Source: Candidatus Bathyarchaeia archaeon (GTDB lineage: Archaea; Thermoproteota; Bathyarchaeia; Bathyarchaeales; Bathycorpusculaceae). Taken from it: DNA of 64,000 bases. The notes under the pieces are model-generated. The model made no database searches and was not told the DNA's origin. It was given only the letters and a program-made list of their open reading frames with translations. This document shows, in pieces, positions 19,674-28,924 of this stretch. The stretch is from contig JBEKBM010000005.1 in the NCBI GenBank assembly GCA_050015395.1, positions 1-64,000 on the forward strand, given 5' to 3'. The stretch's first letter is position 1; every line of letters starts with the position of its first letter. Made by a program: the position numbers and the translations under genes.

Positions 19674-20831
19674 TTAAATAAGTTCTTCGTATATCCCAAT
19701 AAGTGTTTCAACGTTTTTATCCCAACTAAACTTTTCTTCCATTACTGCTCGAAGCTCTAATTTGCGTGAAGAAAAATCAATATTAGAAAATTCCAAAATT
19801 GCTTTTGCAAGCAGTTCAGGCTGGTTAGATGGCACTAATTTTCCGTAATCTTCCATTAAAATTTCACTTATTCCTCCAACGTTTGTGGCTATTACTGGCA
19901 ACCCGCAAGCCATGGCTTCGAGCGCAACCAAAGGCAAGCCTTCTCCTGATTTTGATGGTAGCACAAAGAAGTCTGCCGCGTTATAGTAAAACGGTAAATC
20001 TTCATCTTTAACAAAACCTGTAAGCCTAAAATTGTTTTCTATCCCTAACTGTCGTATTCTCATTTGAACGTTGTTTAGGTCTGGTCCTTTTCCAACGACT
20101 AGAAAAGTAATCTTTGGGTTCTTTCTGACTGCTATGTTTGCGCTTTCTATTAATGTGTCAATACCGTTTTTGTAAACAAGCCTTCTAACGGTTAAAACGA
20201 CGATTGAGTTTTGGGAAATTCCCAGTTTTCTTCTCATTTCTTCTCGTTTTCCAGTCAAGGGCCTGAAATGAACCAAGTCAACGCCGTTGTGTAACACTTT
20301 AATCTTCTCTGGTTTTGCTCCTAAACTTAGGACATAATCCTTGGTTGCATTGCTCACAGTGATTATTTTGTCGGCTTCTTTTAGCGTCTCCTTTCCAACT
20401 GCCAAATCGTTTAACCGTTCAACACTGTCAAAAATGCTGTCATATTCAATGAAGGTGTTATGTTGCGTCAGCACAAATGGCTTAGAGTACCTCTTCGCAA
20501 GCTTAGCTGCAATAAGCGACGTAAGGTACGGGTGACCATGCGCATGGACTATTTCACTTGATTTTACAGCTTTAAGAAAAGTTTCAAGACTTGTTACTGT
20601 CGGAATCGAGTAGGGTATTCCCAGACGGAAACCAGTGTTTAACGATTCATAACACTCAACCTTAATGCCGTCAACAACATAACTTTTCGGTGTATCAATT
20701 CGGTTTGTTATCACCATGGGTTCAAAGTTATTCTGTAGTAGCCGCTTGTTCTGCTCATAAACAACCCTTTCTATTCCGCCAATATGGGGTAGAAAAGTAT
20801 GTGTAACAATGCAAAGCCTTGTTTGAACCAT
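19674..20831 (-). CDS. Glycosyltransferase family 4
   Basis: PHIGGIE, HNGVD, EGLPLVALEAMACGLPVI; ORF open to 20858. Confidence 0.92.
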   Translation of the reverse strand: MVQTRLCIVTHTFLPHIGGIERVVYEQNKRLLQNNFEPMVITNRIDTPKSYVVDGIKVECYESLNTGFRLGIPYSIPTVTSLETFLKAVKSSEIVHAHGHPYLTSLIAAKLAKRYSKPFVLTQHNTFIEYDSIFDSVERLNDLAVGKETLKEADKIITVSNATKDYVLSLGAKPEKIKVLHNGVDLVHFRPLTGKREEMRRKLGISQNSIVVLTVRRLVYKNGIDTLIESANIAVRKNPKITFLVVGKGPDLNNVQMRIRQLGIENNFRLTGFVKDEDLPFYYNAADFFVLPSKSGEGLPLVALEAMACGLPVIATNVGGISEILMEDYGKLVPSNQPELLAKAILEFSNIDFSSRKLELRAVMEEKFSWDKNVETLIGIYEELI

Positions 20832-21053
20832 GGAAGCCCAACTGCTTAAACTCCTCAATCAACATAGTATTATAACCTTATGGTAAAACAAAGTCTCGTC
20901 ATTAACAGCTAAGGTGGTGTACTTTTTGTTACTTAAACTATCAAGCAAATAGCATATCCCCTCCCCTACCTCAATTTAACTATAGAAACTCTCTAGTAAC
21001 ATTGACTTATCCTACATAGGCTGCCTGCAAAAATTAAATCGGAAAAAAGTGTT

Positions 21054-21551
21054 TTATGGTTTAGCTTGTGCGTTTTTAGTGGCGCGTGTATAAACGTTTG
21101 ATGATACGCCTGCAACTAAAGCGCCTATAGCGTCGTTTGTGATTGAGCCGAGCTTCTTTAGAATCCCCGGTTTAGCTTGGTCAAACCGTACGTATTCGAA
21201 AACTGCTCTGGTTCCACCGATGTAGCTAGCAATTGCTATTCCTAAAACTTCGTCAGCAACTGGTCCTGGTCTACCCCTGAACCTTTCTTGCGTCAATCCT
21301 GGAATAAGTCCCTTCTCTGCATCTTCCTGCGCATGGAAAGCAGCCGTTTCAAGGATGCAAACATTAACATCATTCAGAACATCGAGAAATTCTTCCCTGA
21401 GCATTTCAACGGCTTTTTCTTCCGTTTCCACTCCTGGATGAGGCACAAACATTTCAAGCGCACAGTGAATGAGGCTTTTTAGGGAAATGTCTTTTTTTTC
21501 AAGGTATTCAAGTAATGGTGGCGTTTCCTTGTTCATATTATTCACTCTCAT
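21054..21551 (-). CDS. cobZ: Archaeal alpha-ribazole phosphatase CobZ (PgpA-like)
   Basis: DVNV, ADEVLG..IASYIGG, RFDQAKPGIL..LG...DAIG; divergent from the cobT-cobS-cobY operon. Confidence 0.78.
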   Translation of the reverse strand: MRVNNMNKETPPLLEYLEKKDISLKSLIHCALEMFVPHPGVETEEKAVEMLREEFLDVLNDVNVCILETAAFHAQEDAEKGLIPGLTQERFRGRPGPVADEVLGIAIASYIGGTRAVFEYVRFDQAKPGILKKLGSITNDAIGALVAGVSSNVYTRATKNAQAKP

Positions 21552-21869
21552 TTTTTAAAGGTGAAGTGTGCTTTAAGCGTTACGTGACCCTGATTACCGT
21601 AATACTTATATGAAAAGGTTGGATAAACCAACCAAACATCAGGCTGGATAATTTGCTAAACTTCAAGAAAAAAACCGCTGTTTCGCTCAACCTTTTATCA
21701 AACGGCAAATTATCTGAATATTTGAAGGGTAAAAATGTGTTCTTTTGGTCACATGTTTCTGGGGTTAACCAACCCACATTATTGGAAAATCAAGCATTTC
21801 ATGTTCACCTAAGACCTGCACAGAAAATAACGGTTGAGGGTGAAGTAACTTAGGGAGAGTAAAATCAAA

Positions 21870-22547
21870 ATGAAAGTTGTTGCTTCATGGAGTGGCGGAA
21901 AAGACAGTTGCTTTGCATACTACAAGGCAACCCAGCAAGGCTACGAAGTAGTCAACATTTTAACCATGATGATGAGTGAAACCAAATCAAACTTCCACAT
22001 GATACCATCAGGCATAATAGACGCGCAATCAGACGCCATTGGAATTCCATTAGTAAAACAGAAGGCTACGCCTGAAACCTACGAGAACGATTTCAAAGGC
22101 GCATTGCTACGGTTGAAAGCTAAAGGCGTAGAAGGCTTAGTTACAGGGGATATTTACGAAGTGGCAGGGCATGAGGAAGGTTGGCTGAACCGGGTCTGCA
22201 AAGAAGTCGGCTTAAAACCAGTAAAGCCCCTGTGGATGGGTGACACAAAACAGATTTACCTTGATTACTTAAAGAGCGGTTTCAAAGCGACCGTAGTGCG
22301 CACCAAACTGGAATTGTTAGGCATGGAGTGGCTCGGAAGACAACTAGACAAAAAATTCTACGACGACATCCTTAAGCTTGGCAACGTTGACGCCTGCGGC
22401 GAAGGCGGCGAATACCACACCGTCGTGACTGACGGACCAACGTTTAAGAAAAAGATTGAAATTCTAGAAACACAAAAACATAAGCTCGACGGCGGCTTCG
22501 GATACTTAGAAATCAAACGATTCGAAGTCAAGCCGAAGGCAAGGTAA
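21870..22547 (+). CDS. DUF71/Dph6-like PP-loop ATPase, canonical motifs (B12-associated subgroup)
   Basis: SWSGGKDS, VTGDI, DACGEGGEYHTVVTDGP; first gene of the cobT operon. Confidence 0.9.
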   Translation: MKVVASWSGGKDSCFAYYKATQQGYEVVNILTMMMSETKSNFHMIPSGIIDAQSDAIGIPLVKQKATPETYENDFKGALLRLKAKGVEGLVTGDIYEVAGHEEGWLNRVCKEVGLKPVKPLWMGDTKQIYLDYLKSGFKATVVRTKLELLGMEWLGRQLDKKFYDDILKLGNVDACGEGGEYHTVVTDGPTFKKKIEILETQKHKLDGGFGYLEIKRFEVKPKAR

Positions 22548-22556
22548 AACTCAAAA

Positions 22557-23657
22557 ATGGACAAGACACTCGATGTACTAATAGCACACAACCCGTTAAA
22601 AGCCAAAGCATTCCTCGACGAAATCGAAGGCAAAAACCCCCTTTTCATCTGTACAATAGCTACAACGGAAACTGGCAAAATCTCTGGAATCTCAGCAGCA
22701 GGAAAACACCCAGAATTTACCGATTACACCCCGCCAGCGGACGCTGAACTGCTACTTCTAGGCAAATGCAAATCCATTACTGGTGTGCCTGTAACTCCAG
22801 ATGGAATTCCGACACCAGCATTGATAACTATGTCGGCTCTACGCTTAGCCGATATTCCCGTGCTTATTGCCAGTGGCGGATTAAAGATAAAACCGCAGAT
22901 ACCCTTTTTAGACCTCGGCGGAAGCCCAGGAAGAGACATTCGAAGTGGCAACGCCGTTGATAACGTTGCAGAGGTTATTGAGCGAGCTAAAATTGCTGGA
23001 CAACACTTAGCTAAGGTAGTTGATTATCTTGTGATTGGCGAGAGTATTCCTGGCGGAACAACAACAGCGCTTGGCGTACTATCAGCTTTAGGCGTAAAAG
23101 CTGAAGGAAAAGTAAGCAGCACCTTGCCTGAAAACCCACACAGCTTAAAAGCGCAAACAGTTAAGGCAGGTTTAGCGGCTGCAGGCGAAAGTTTTGGCAG
23201 TTTAGCAAACAATCCCGCAAGGGCTATTTCATGCGTCGGCGACCCCATGATGGCTGCCTTCTTAGGCTTAGTGGTTGGCGCAGCATCGCAGGTTCCAGTA
23301 CTGATGGCTGGCGGAACTCAAATGAGCGCTGTCTTAGCCCTTGTGAACGCATTGAATCCAGATGTTCTCTGCAACCTAGCAGTGGGCACTACAAGATGGG
23401 TTGTAAACGACAAGTCATCTGACCTGAAAGGCATTGTTACACAGTTTTGTGACGTGCCTATTTTGGCTGCTGACTTAAACTTTGGCTCATCACGTTTCCC
23501 TGGTTTACAGGCGTATGAAACGGGCATTGTGAAGGAAGGTGTCGGTGCAGGCGGCGCTTCTATAGCGGCTATGGCTAAGCTTGGCGGTGCAGTAACAAAA
23601 GACCTATTGCTTAAAGAGATAGAGCGTAATTATGCCTTGTTGATGGGCTTGAAGTGA
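22557..23657 (+). CDS. cobT: Archaeal nicotinate-mononucleotide:base phosphoribosyltransferase CobT
   Basis: GISAAG, YTPPADAE, PTPALIT, GESIPGGTTTA, GDPM, AGGTQM, KEGVGAGG. Confidence 0.92.
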   Translation: MDKTLDVLIAHNPLKAKAFLDEIEGKNPLFICTIATTETGKISGISAAGKHPEFTDYTPPADAELLLLGKCKSITGVPVTPDGIPTPALITMSALRLADIPVLIASGGLKIKPQIPFLDLGGSPGRDIRSGNAVDNVAEVIERAKIAGQHLAKVVDYLVIGESIPGGTTTALGVLSALGVKAEGKVSSTLPENPHSLKAQTVKAGLAAAGESFGSLANNPARAISCVGDPMMAAFLGLVVGAASQVPVLMAGGTQMSAVLALVNALNPDVLCNLAVGTTRWVVNDKSSDLKGIVTQFCDVPILAADLNFGSSRFPGLQAYETGIVKEGVGAGGASIAAMAKLGGAVTKDLLLKEIERNYALLMGLK

Positions 23658-23664
23658 ATTTGGC

Positions 23665-24420
23665 TTGGTTATTAAAGAGTTAAAGAACCTTTTTTCTTTC
23701 CTCACAATTTTTCCAGTAACAATGGACAAAGACATGCTTTCTGACTGCGCCAAGAGCATGTGGGTTTTTCCCTTAATAGGCGCATTTATTGGCTTGTTGG
23801 CTGGGTTGTTCGGCTGGGTAGCTTACCAGTTTTTACCAGGCATAGTAGTTGGCGCTTTAGTGTTGGCTTTGTTGCTGTTGATTACGGGGCTTCACCACAC
23901 AGACGGCTTATTAGACTTCGGCGACGGAGTCATGGCTCACGGCACAGCTGAGCATAAGATTGAGGTTATGCATGACCAGTTAACTGGCGCAGGCGGCTTA
24001 TCCATGGGCATCATGACTATGCTAATTACAGCCTTAGCCATCGGCCAGCTCAAAATTGGCTTAATAATCGGCGGCATCATCGCTGTTGAAGTTTCAGCTA
24101 AACTTGCCATGGTTATTATGGCGTGGGCTGGAAAATCAGTCCACCAAGGCATGAACTCGCCCTTTCTAGAAGCCATGCATGGAAGTAAAGGCAACTTGCG
24201 ACTGATTGTTGCAGTGGTGGTTTCTTTTGCGGTAGCTTTGCCTCTGCTGCATTGGGCAGGCGCTTTCATCGTGCTAGCAGCCATAATTACTAGCTTTGTC
24301 ATGGTTGCCATTGCGCATAAACATTTCAACGGCGTTACAGGCGACGTGTTCGGTGCTACTAACGAGATAACCAGAATGGTTTGCGTGATTGTTTTGTTGG
24401 CGGTGGCTGCATGGGCGTAA
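23665..24420 (+). CDS. cobS: Adenosylcobinamide-GDP ribazoletransferase (cobamide synthase)
   Basis: FLTIFPV, TGLHHTDGLLDFGDG, MHDQLTGAGG, GVTGDVFGATNE. Confidence 0.92.
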   Translation: MVIKELKNLFSFLTIFPVTMDKDMLSDCAKSMWVFPLIGAFIGLLAGLFGWVAYQFLPGIVVGALVLALLLLITGLHHTDGLLDFGDGVMAHGTAEHKIEVMHDQLTGAGGLSMGIMTMLITALAIGQLKIGLIIGGIIAVEVSAKLAMVIMAWAGKSVHQGMNSPFLEAMHGSKGNLRLIVAVVVSFAVALPLLHWAGAFIVLAAIITSFVMVAIAHKHFNGVTGDVFGATNEITRMVCVIVLLAVAAWA

Positions 24421-25031
24421 CAGCACTTGTTATGGCTGGCGGAAAAGGAACCCGCATGCAAATCGCAAAAGAGAAGCCGTTGATTAAACTTTGCGGTAAA
24501 CCCGTCATCGAGTACGTGCTGGAGGCGTTGAAAAGCGCTAAAAAAATCGATTCCATCGTTGTCGCTGTGAGTGGTTGCACGCCTAAAACTGCGAAATTCC
24601 TGAGTCAGTTTCCAGTTAAAGTGGCTGAAACCCCCGGGGTGGATTATGTTTCTGACATGGGCTATGCTGCCCAAAACCTCAAATTAGGCGTTTTCTTAGC
24701 CATCGCAGCAGACCTTCCACTGGTCACAGGCGAAGTGTTGGATGCTATTGTTGAACGTTATGAGCGTTGCGGTAAGCCGGCGTTAACTGTTGCTGTTCCG
24801 CTTGAAACCAAAACTAAGCTTGGCATGTGCATCGAGTACTCGTTCAAAATGGACGACAGAGACGTGGTTCCTGTAGGCATCAACGTTATAGATGGGCATA
24901 AACGGTATGGCGACGAATGGCTCGACCAAGACATTTTCCTGCTCGACCTAAACGAATTAGCCGTAAACATCAACACAATACAGGAACTACACCTAGCCGA
25001 ACGATTACTGACTCAAAAAAGCAAAGAATAG
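24411..25031 (+). CDS. cobY: Adenosylcobinamide-phosphate guanylyltransferase
   Basis: MAGGKGTRM..EKPL, TPG.DYV.D, ADLP, GINV, NINT. Confidence 0.88.
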   Translation: MGVTALVMAGGKGTRMQIAKEKPLIKLCGKPVIEYVLEALKSAKKIDSIVVAVSGCTPKTAKFLSQFPVKVAETPGVDYVSDMGYAAQNLKLGVFLAIAADLPLVTGEVLDAIVERYERCGKPALTVAVPLETKTKLGMCIEYSFKMDDRDVVPVGINVIDGHKRYGDEWLDQDIFLLDLNELAVNINTIQELHLAERLLTQKSKE

Positions 25032-25083
25032 CCTTGAGTATTGGTGCCAATAGCGATAGGCTCTATATAGTTTGAGAATAACT

Positions 25084-25965
25084 TTAAGGTGAACTTTTGG
25101 CTGCTTTGCTTTCTAACACTTCTTTCAGCGTAGCTTGCATTTTTCTGGCGTCTATGTCGAGGATTGGTGATTCGCATATCATCGTCGGGTGCATTTGAAA
25201 GTCGGCAATTACTTCGGCTAGCATGCGAAAGTCTGGTCCATACTTTTCTTCGTCGAGCGTGTGGTGGCGTTTTTCGCCTTGGATTGTGAATTCGATTTTT
25301 GAGAAGTGGCAGTGCATGCTTTTTAGGGCTTCTGTTCCAAGTTTTTGTTCGACTTTTTCAGCGATTGCCCTGAAATCTTCAGTTTTCTTTAGGGTTCCTT
25401 GGTGTAGTGCATGCAGGTGTCCCCAGTCAATGACGAGTTGTGTACCTTCCACTTCTTGGCAGATGGTTAGGATTTCGTCTATGGTGCCTACTTGGAATTT
25501 TCTTCCCATAGTTTCAGGGCCAAGCTTCACTTTTAAGCCAAGGCTCTTCATTTGAGCGCTAACTTCCTTCAACGCATCAAGGCAAGTTTTGAAAGCAAAG
25601 TCCTTTTCGAAGCGTCCGTAAAACCCAGTGTGGAAAACCATAACGTATGCTCCCATCCAGTCGGCAGCGGTTGCGCACGCAATTAAACGCCGTTTACTTG
25701 CTTCCACAACATCCCGTTTACCTGACAAGTTCACAAAGTACGAGCCGTGCATACTGAGCCTAACATCGTTTTTTCTTGCTTCCTCACCGAGTTTTTCAGC
25801 GTCTTCCTGTTTCATCTGCGGCTTTGGACCCCACTGGACAGCTTGGTACTCGAAAGCGTCCAGACCTTCCTCATGCAGAAGCCTTGGAACATCAGGCATC
25901 TTTGCTCCAAGAAGTCTGAACATTGGTGGAACTCCTGCTGGCCCAAAACGAGTATGCTCAGTCAA
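25084..25965 (-). CDS. nfo: Endonuclease IV-like TIM-barrel (AP endonuclease 2)
   Basis: RFGPAG, HGSYFVNL, FHTGFY, PETMGR, DWGHLHA, HCHFS, GEKRH, ICESP. Confidence 0.88.
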   Translation of the reverse strand: MTEHTRFGPAGVPPMFRLLGAKMPDVPRLLHEEGLDAFEYQAVQWGPKPQMKQEDAEKLGEEARKNDVRLSMHGSYFVNLSGKRDVVEASKRRLIACATAADWMGAYVMVFHTGFYGRFEKDFAFKTCLDALKEVSAQMKSLGLKVKLGPETMGRKFQVGTIDEILTICQEVEGTQLVIDWGHLHALHQGTLKKTEDFRAIAEKVEQKLGTEALKSMHCHFSKIEFTIQGEKRHHTLDEEKYGPDFRMLAEVIADFQMHPTMICESPILDIDARKMQATLKEVLESKAAKSSP

Positions 25966-26069
25966 CTACATCCCTTCTTTTCTTTTAGGCTGGTTTGTCA
26001 TTAAGGCTTTCTCTTTAGAAATTACTATTAAATTTAGTATGAGTTCAGGCAAGCGTTGTGCAAGCTCTT

Positions 26070-26297
26070 TTAGAAGGTAATTGTTTCTTCGTTCTCTATG
26101 CACTTTGAGGCGTAAAGAAGTGCTGCTTTGATGTCTTCCTTTTTAAGCGTAGGGTATTGCCTGAGTACTTCTTTTTCTGTCAAGCCATTGCCGAGAAGTT
26201 CGATAATGAGGTAAACTGGAATGCGCGTTCCCTTAATGACTGGTTTTCCCGCTAGAACTTCAGGATCTATTGCTATTCTATCCATAACTTTTTCCAC
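26070..26297 (-). CDS. DUF433 family antitoxin
   Basis: IDPEVLAGKPVIKGTRIPV..I...L..G......YP.L..EDI.AAL.YA. Confidence 0.92.
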   Translation of the reverse strand: MEKVMDRIAIDPEVLAGKPVIKGTRIPVYLIIELLGNGLTEKEVLRQYPTLKKEDIKAALLYASKCIENEETITF

Positions 26298-26418
26298 TGT
26301 AACTCACTCAACAATACTGTTTGGATGAAATATCATGTTTAGCATAAGTATATTACAATTGCTCATGTAAAGCAGTCCGAAACTTTAATTTCCGACATGT
26401 TAGCAGCTTGCCCTGTGT

Positions 26419-27201
26419 TTACAGTAAGTGGACTATTGTTGGAATCGGCACAAAAAAGTGGACATAAACAGCTCCGACTAAAATTCCAACGGTAATTGCT
26501 AGCAAAGCATAATCTCCCCTGTGAAGTTTTAGCACATACAGGTTAGTGCGTTTCTTGGTGGCTCCCCACGCTCTGGACTCCATTGCCTCTGCCAATTCAA
26601 GGCTTCTTCGGATAGCGCTAACAATCAACGGGATAAGCACGGGTATATAATTCCTTATCTTCTTAAGCAAGCCACCCTTCTCCAATTCCAATCCCCTGGC
26701 CTTTTGAGCATCCATTATTGTTTGGGCTTCTTCCGCCAGAACAGGAACAAAACGTACCGCGGTGGTAAAGGCGAAAGCAAACTCGTAAGGCACACGGGAT
26801 TCCTCCAGCGCTAAGCCTAAATGGTCTGGCGAAGTAGTCAGGAAGAAAACTGAGAAAGACTCAACAAGCACCACAAAACGCAGAGTTAACGCCGCTGCAC
26901 TCTCCACGTTAATAGCCGTCAACGTGTAGCCTGAAGTAAAATAGTCCGTTCCAACGTTAACTGCAAAAATGAAACCTGCCAAAAAAGATGCACCTCGCAA
27001 CGAACGAAGCCACTGCCTTTGAACACGCGCTAACAAAACAAATGGAATCTGCAAAACAAACAGAAAAAGTAACGGAATAATTTGATAGAAAAGAATGGCG
27101 ACTACAAAAATGGAAATAACGTACACGAATTTTATTCTAGGGTCTAAATTATGGATTGGAGAGTAAACTTTCCTGAACTTTAAGCCGTCGAAAACGCTCA
27201 T
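26419..27201 (-). CDS. ecfT: ECF transporter transmembrane T component
   Basis: LDPRIK, RFVP, AQKARG, AMESR. Confidence 0.92.
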   Translation of the reverse strand: MSVFDGLKFRKVYSPIHNLDPRIKFVYVISIFVVAILFYQIIPLLFLFVLQIPFVLLARVQRQWLRSLRGASFLAGFIFAVNVGTDYFTSGYTLTAINVESAAALTLRFVVLVESFSVFFLTTSPDHLGLALEESRVPYEFAFAFTTAVRFVPVLAEEAQTIMDAQKARGLELEKGGLLKKIRNYIPVLIPLIVSAIRRSLELAEAMESRAWGATKKRTNLYVLKLHRGDYALLAITVGILVGAVYVHFFVPIPTIVHLL

Positions 27202-28026
27202 TTACTTCGGTTTACTCTCCTTGGCGTTCAAAATTATTTTTTCTGCTTCGTAAATGTCAATAATATTTTTCGGAAGCCCCAACTGCGATAATTTCATGAA
27301 GATTTGAGCTATTTGTGGCAAAACAATCGATGATTCAGCTAAAACATCGGGGTTTGTAAGTATGTCTTTTCCAATGCCTTCTGCAACAATTTTCCCCTCC
27401 TTCATCAAAACAACTCTAGGATTGCATTCAGCCACAAACTCCACATCATGCGTGACAATAACGACAGTTTTCTTTTGAGTTAGCATCTGTATTATAAACT
27501 GACGTAGTATCTCCTTTTGCTCATGGTCCTGCCCAATAGTGGGTTCATCCAAAATCAAAGCTTGCGGATCCCAAGCCAAAACAGAAGCCAGTGCGACACG
27601 TTTCCGCTCGCCTCCGCTAAGAAGGAAAGGTGAAGTTTTCCTATACTGGGTTAACGCTAAAAGATTCAAAGCCCATGTTACCCGCTTTTCCACGGCCTCT
27701 GGTTCGAAACCGAAATTTTTGAGGGCAAAAGCGATTTCATCTTCTACTGTTTCGCTGAATAATTGGTGGTCTGGGTTCTGGAAAACAAAGCCCACGTTTC
27801 TAGCTAAAGCTGCAACGCTTGTTTTAGTTGTTTCAACACCATCCACACATACTTTTCCCGAAGTGGGTTTCAAGAGTCCATTAAAATGCTTGACAAACGT
27901 TGATTTTCCAGCGCCATTCTGCCCCATTATCGCGACGAATTCGCCGTCTTTTATAGTTAGGGAAACACCCTTCAAAGCTTCCACTTTGTTAGGATACGAA
28001 AAGTGAACATCTTCAGCCACAATCAT
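27202..28026 (-). CDS. ecfA: ECF transporter ATPase
   Basis: GQNGAGKST, FQNPDHQ, LSGGE, LDEPT. Confidence 0.92.
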   Translation of the reverse strand: MIVAEDVHFSYPNKVEALKGVSLTIKDGEFVAIMGQNGAGKSTFVKHFNGLLKPTSGKVCVDGVETTKTSVAALARNVGFVFQNPDHQLFSETVEDEIAFALKNFGFEPEAVEKRVTWALNLLALTQYRKTSPFLLSGGERKRVALASVLAWDPQALILDEPTIGQDHEQKEILRQFIIQMLTQKKTVVIVTHDVEFVAECNPRVVLMKEGKIVAEGIGKDILTNPDVLAESSIVLPQIAQIFMKLSQLGLPKNIIDIYEAEKIILNAKESKPK

Positions 28027-28874
28027 TTGGCTTTCAACATCTCCAACAGCTGGTCAGCTAATTCTTCAGAAGACAATGGGATATTGCCGCTGAGGTTTAA
28101 GCCGTCTTTTTTTAGCATTTGATACAGCAACGTGGCTTTGGGGATTCCTACTCCGATTAAACGCGTTTCTTCCGTGCTGAGAATTTCTCTTGGGTTTCCT
28201 TCGAACCGGACTTTTCCTTCATCCATAACGATGAGGTGGTCTGTGTATTTTGCCGTTAAGTCCAGTCTGTGTTCCACAAGGATGACGGTTATTCCCTGCT
28301 TTTTGTTTAATTCATAAATTACTTCGAAAATTTTCTCAGCGCTTAATGGGTCAAGGAAAGATGTTGGCTCATCTAAGACGATAATTTCCGGTTCCATAGC
28401 GAGAACAGACGCTATTGCCACGCGTTGCTGCTGCCCTCCCGAAATCTCGTGCGGTGACCGTTCACGCAAATCATAAATGCCTGTTTGGTTTAGTGCCCAA
28501 TCAACTTTTTTTCTCATTTCCTCTCGGGGAACCCCCATGTTTTCTAGCCCGAACGCCACGTCTTTCTCGACAGACAGAGCGAATAACTGGTTTTCCGGGT
28601 TCTGAAACACTAAGCCCACATGTTTTGCCATTTCATATGTGTGATGCTTAAGTGTGTCTTCGCCTGCAACAGAAATTTCGCCCGTCAATTCCCCTTGGTA
28701 GAAGTGTGGGACTAATCCGTTGAAGCATCGGCACAAAGTTGTTTTCCCACAGCCGCTTGGTCCAGTAATTAAAACAAACTCGCCTTTCTCCACTTTAATC
28801 GAGACATCAATAATTGAGGGCTTGGATGCGCCTGGATAAGTATAGGTGAGGTTTTTTGTTTCAATTATGGCCAT
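28023..28874 (-). CDS. ecfA: ECF transporter ATPase
   Basis: GPSGCGKTT, FQNPENQ, ISGGQQQR, LDEPT. Confidence 0.92.
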   Translation of the reverse strand: MAIIETKNLTYTYPGASKPSIIDVSIKVEKGEFVLITGPSGCGKTTLCRCFNGLVPHFYQGELTGEISVAGEDTLKHHTYEMAKHVGLVFQNPENQLFALSVEKDVAFGLENMGVPREEMRKKVDWALNQTGIYDLRERSPHEISGGQQQRVAIASVLAMEPEIIVLDEPTSFLDPLSAEKIFEVIYELNKKQGITVILVEHRLDLTAKYTDHLIVMDEGKVRFEGNPREILSTEETRLIGVGIPKATLLYQMLKKDGLNLSGNIPLSSEELADQLLEMLKAK

Positions 28875-28924
28875 TTTTTTGTGCCTGCTTTCTTAAGCGT
28901 GAGAGTTTGCTCATTTAAGCGTAG

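Noticed and set aside
21552-21869. Cobalamin riboswitch or ORF 21653..21853 upstream of the cobT operon
   Set aside because: No B12-box or GC-rich stems are visible; the ORFs lack protein-like features and RBS.
23937-24674. 245-aa antisense ORF, and many other 60-155 aa track ORFs overlapping real genes
   Set aside because: Shadow frames of well-supported genes (here cobS/cobY) with no recognisable motifs.
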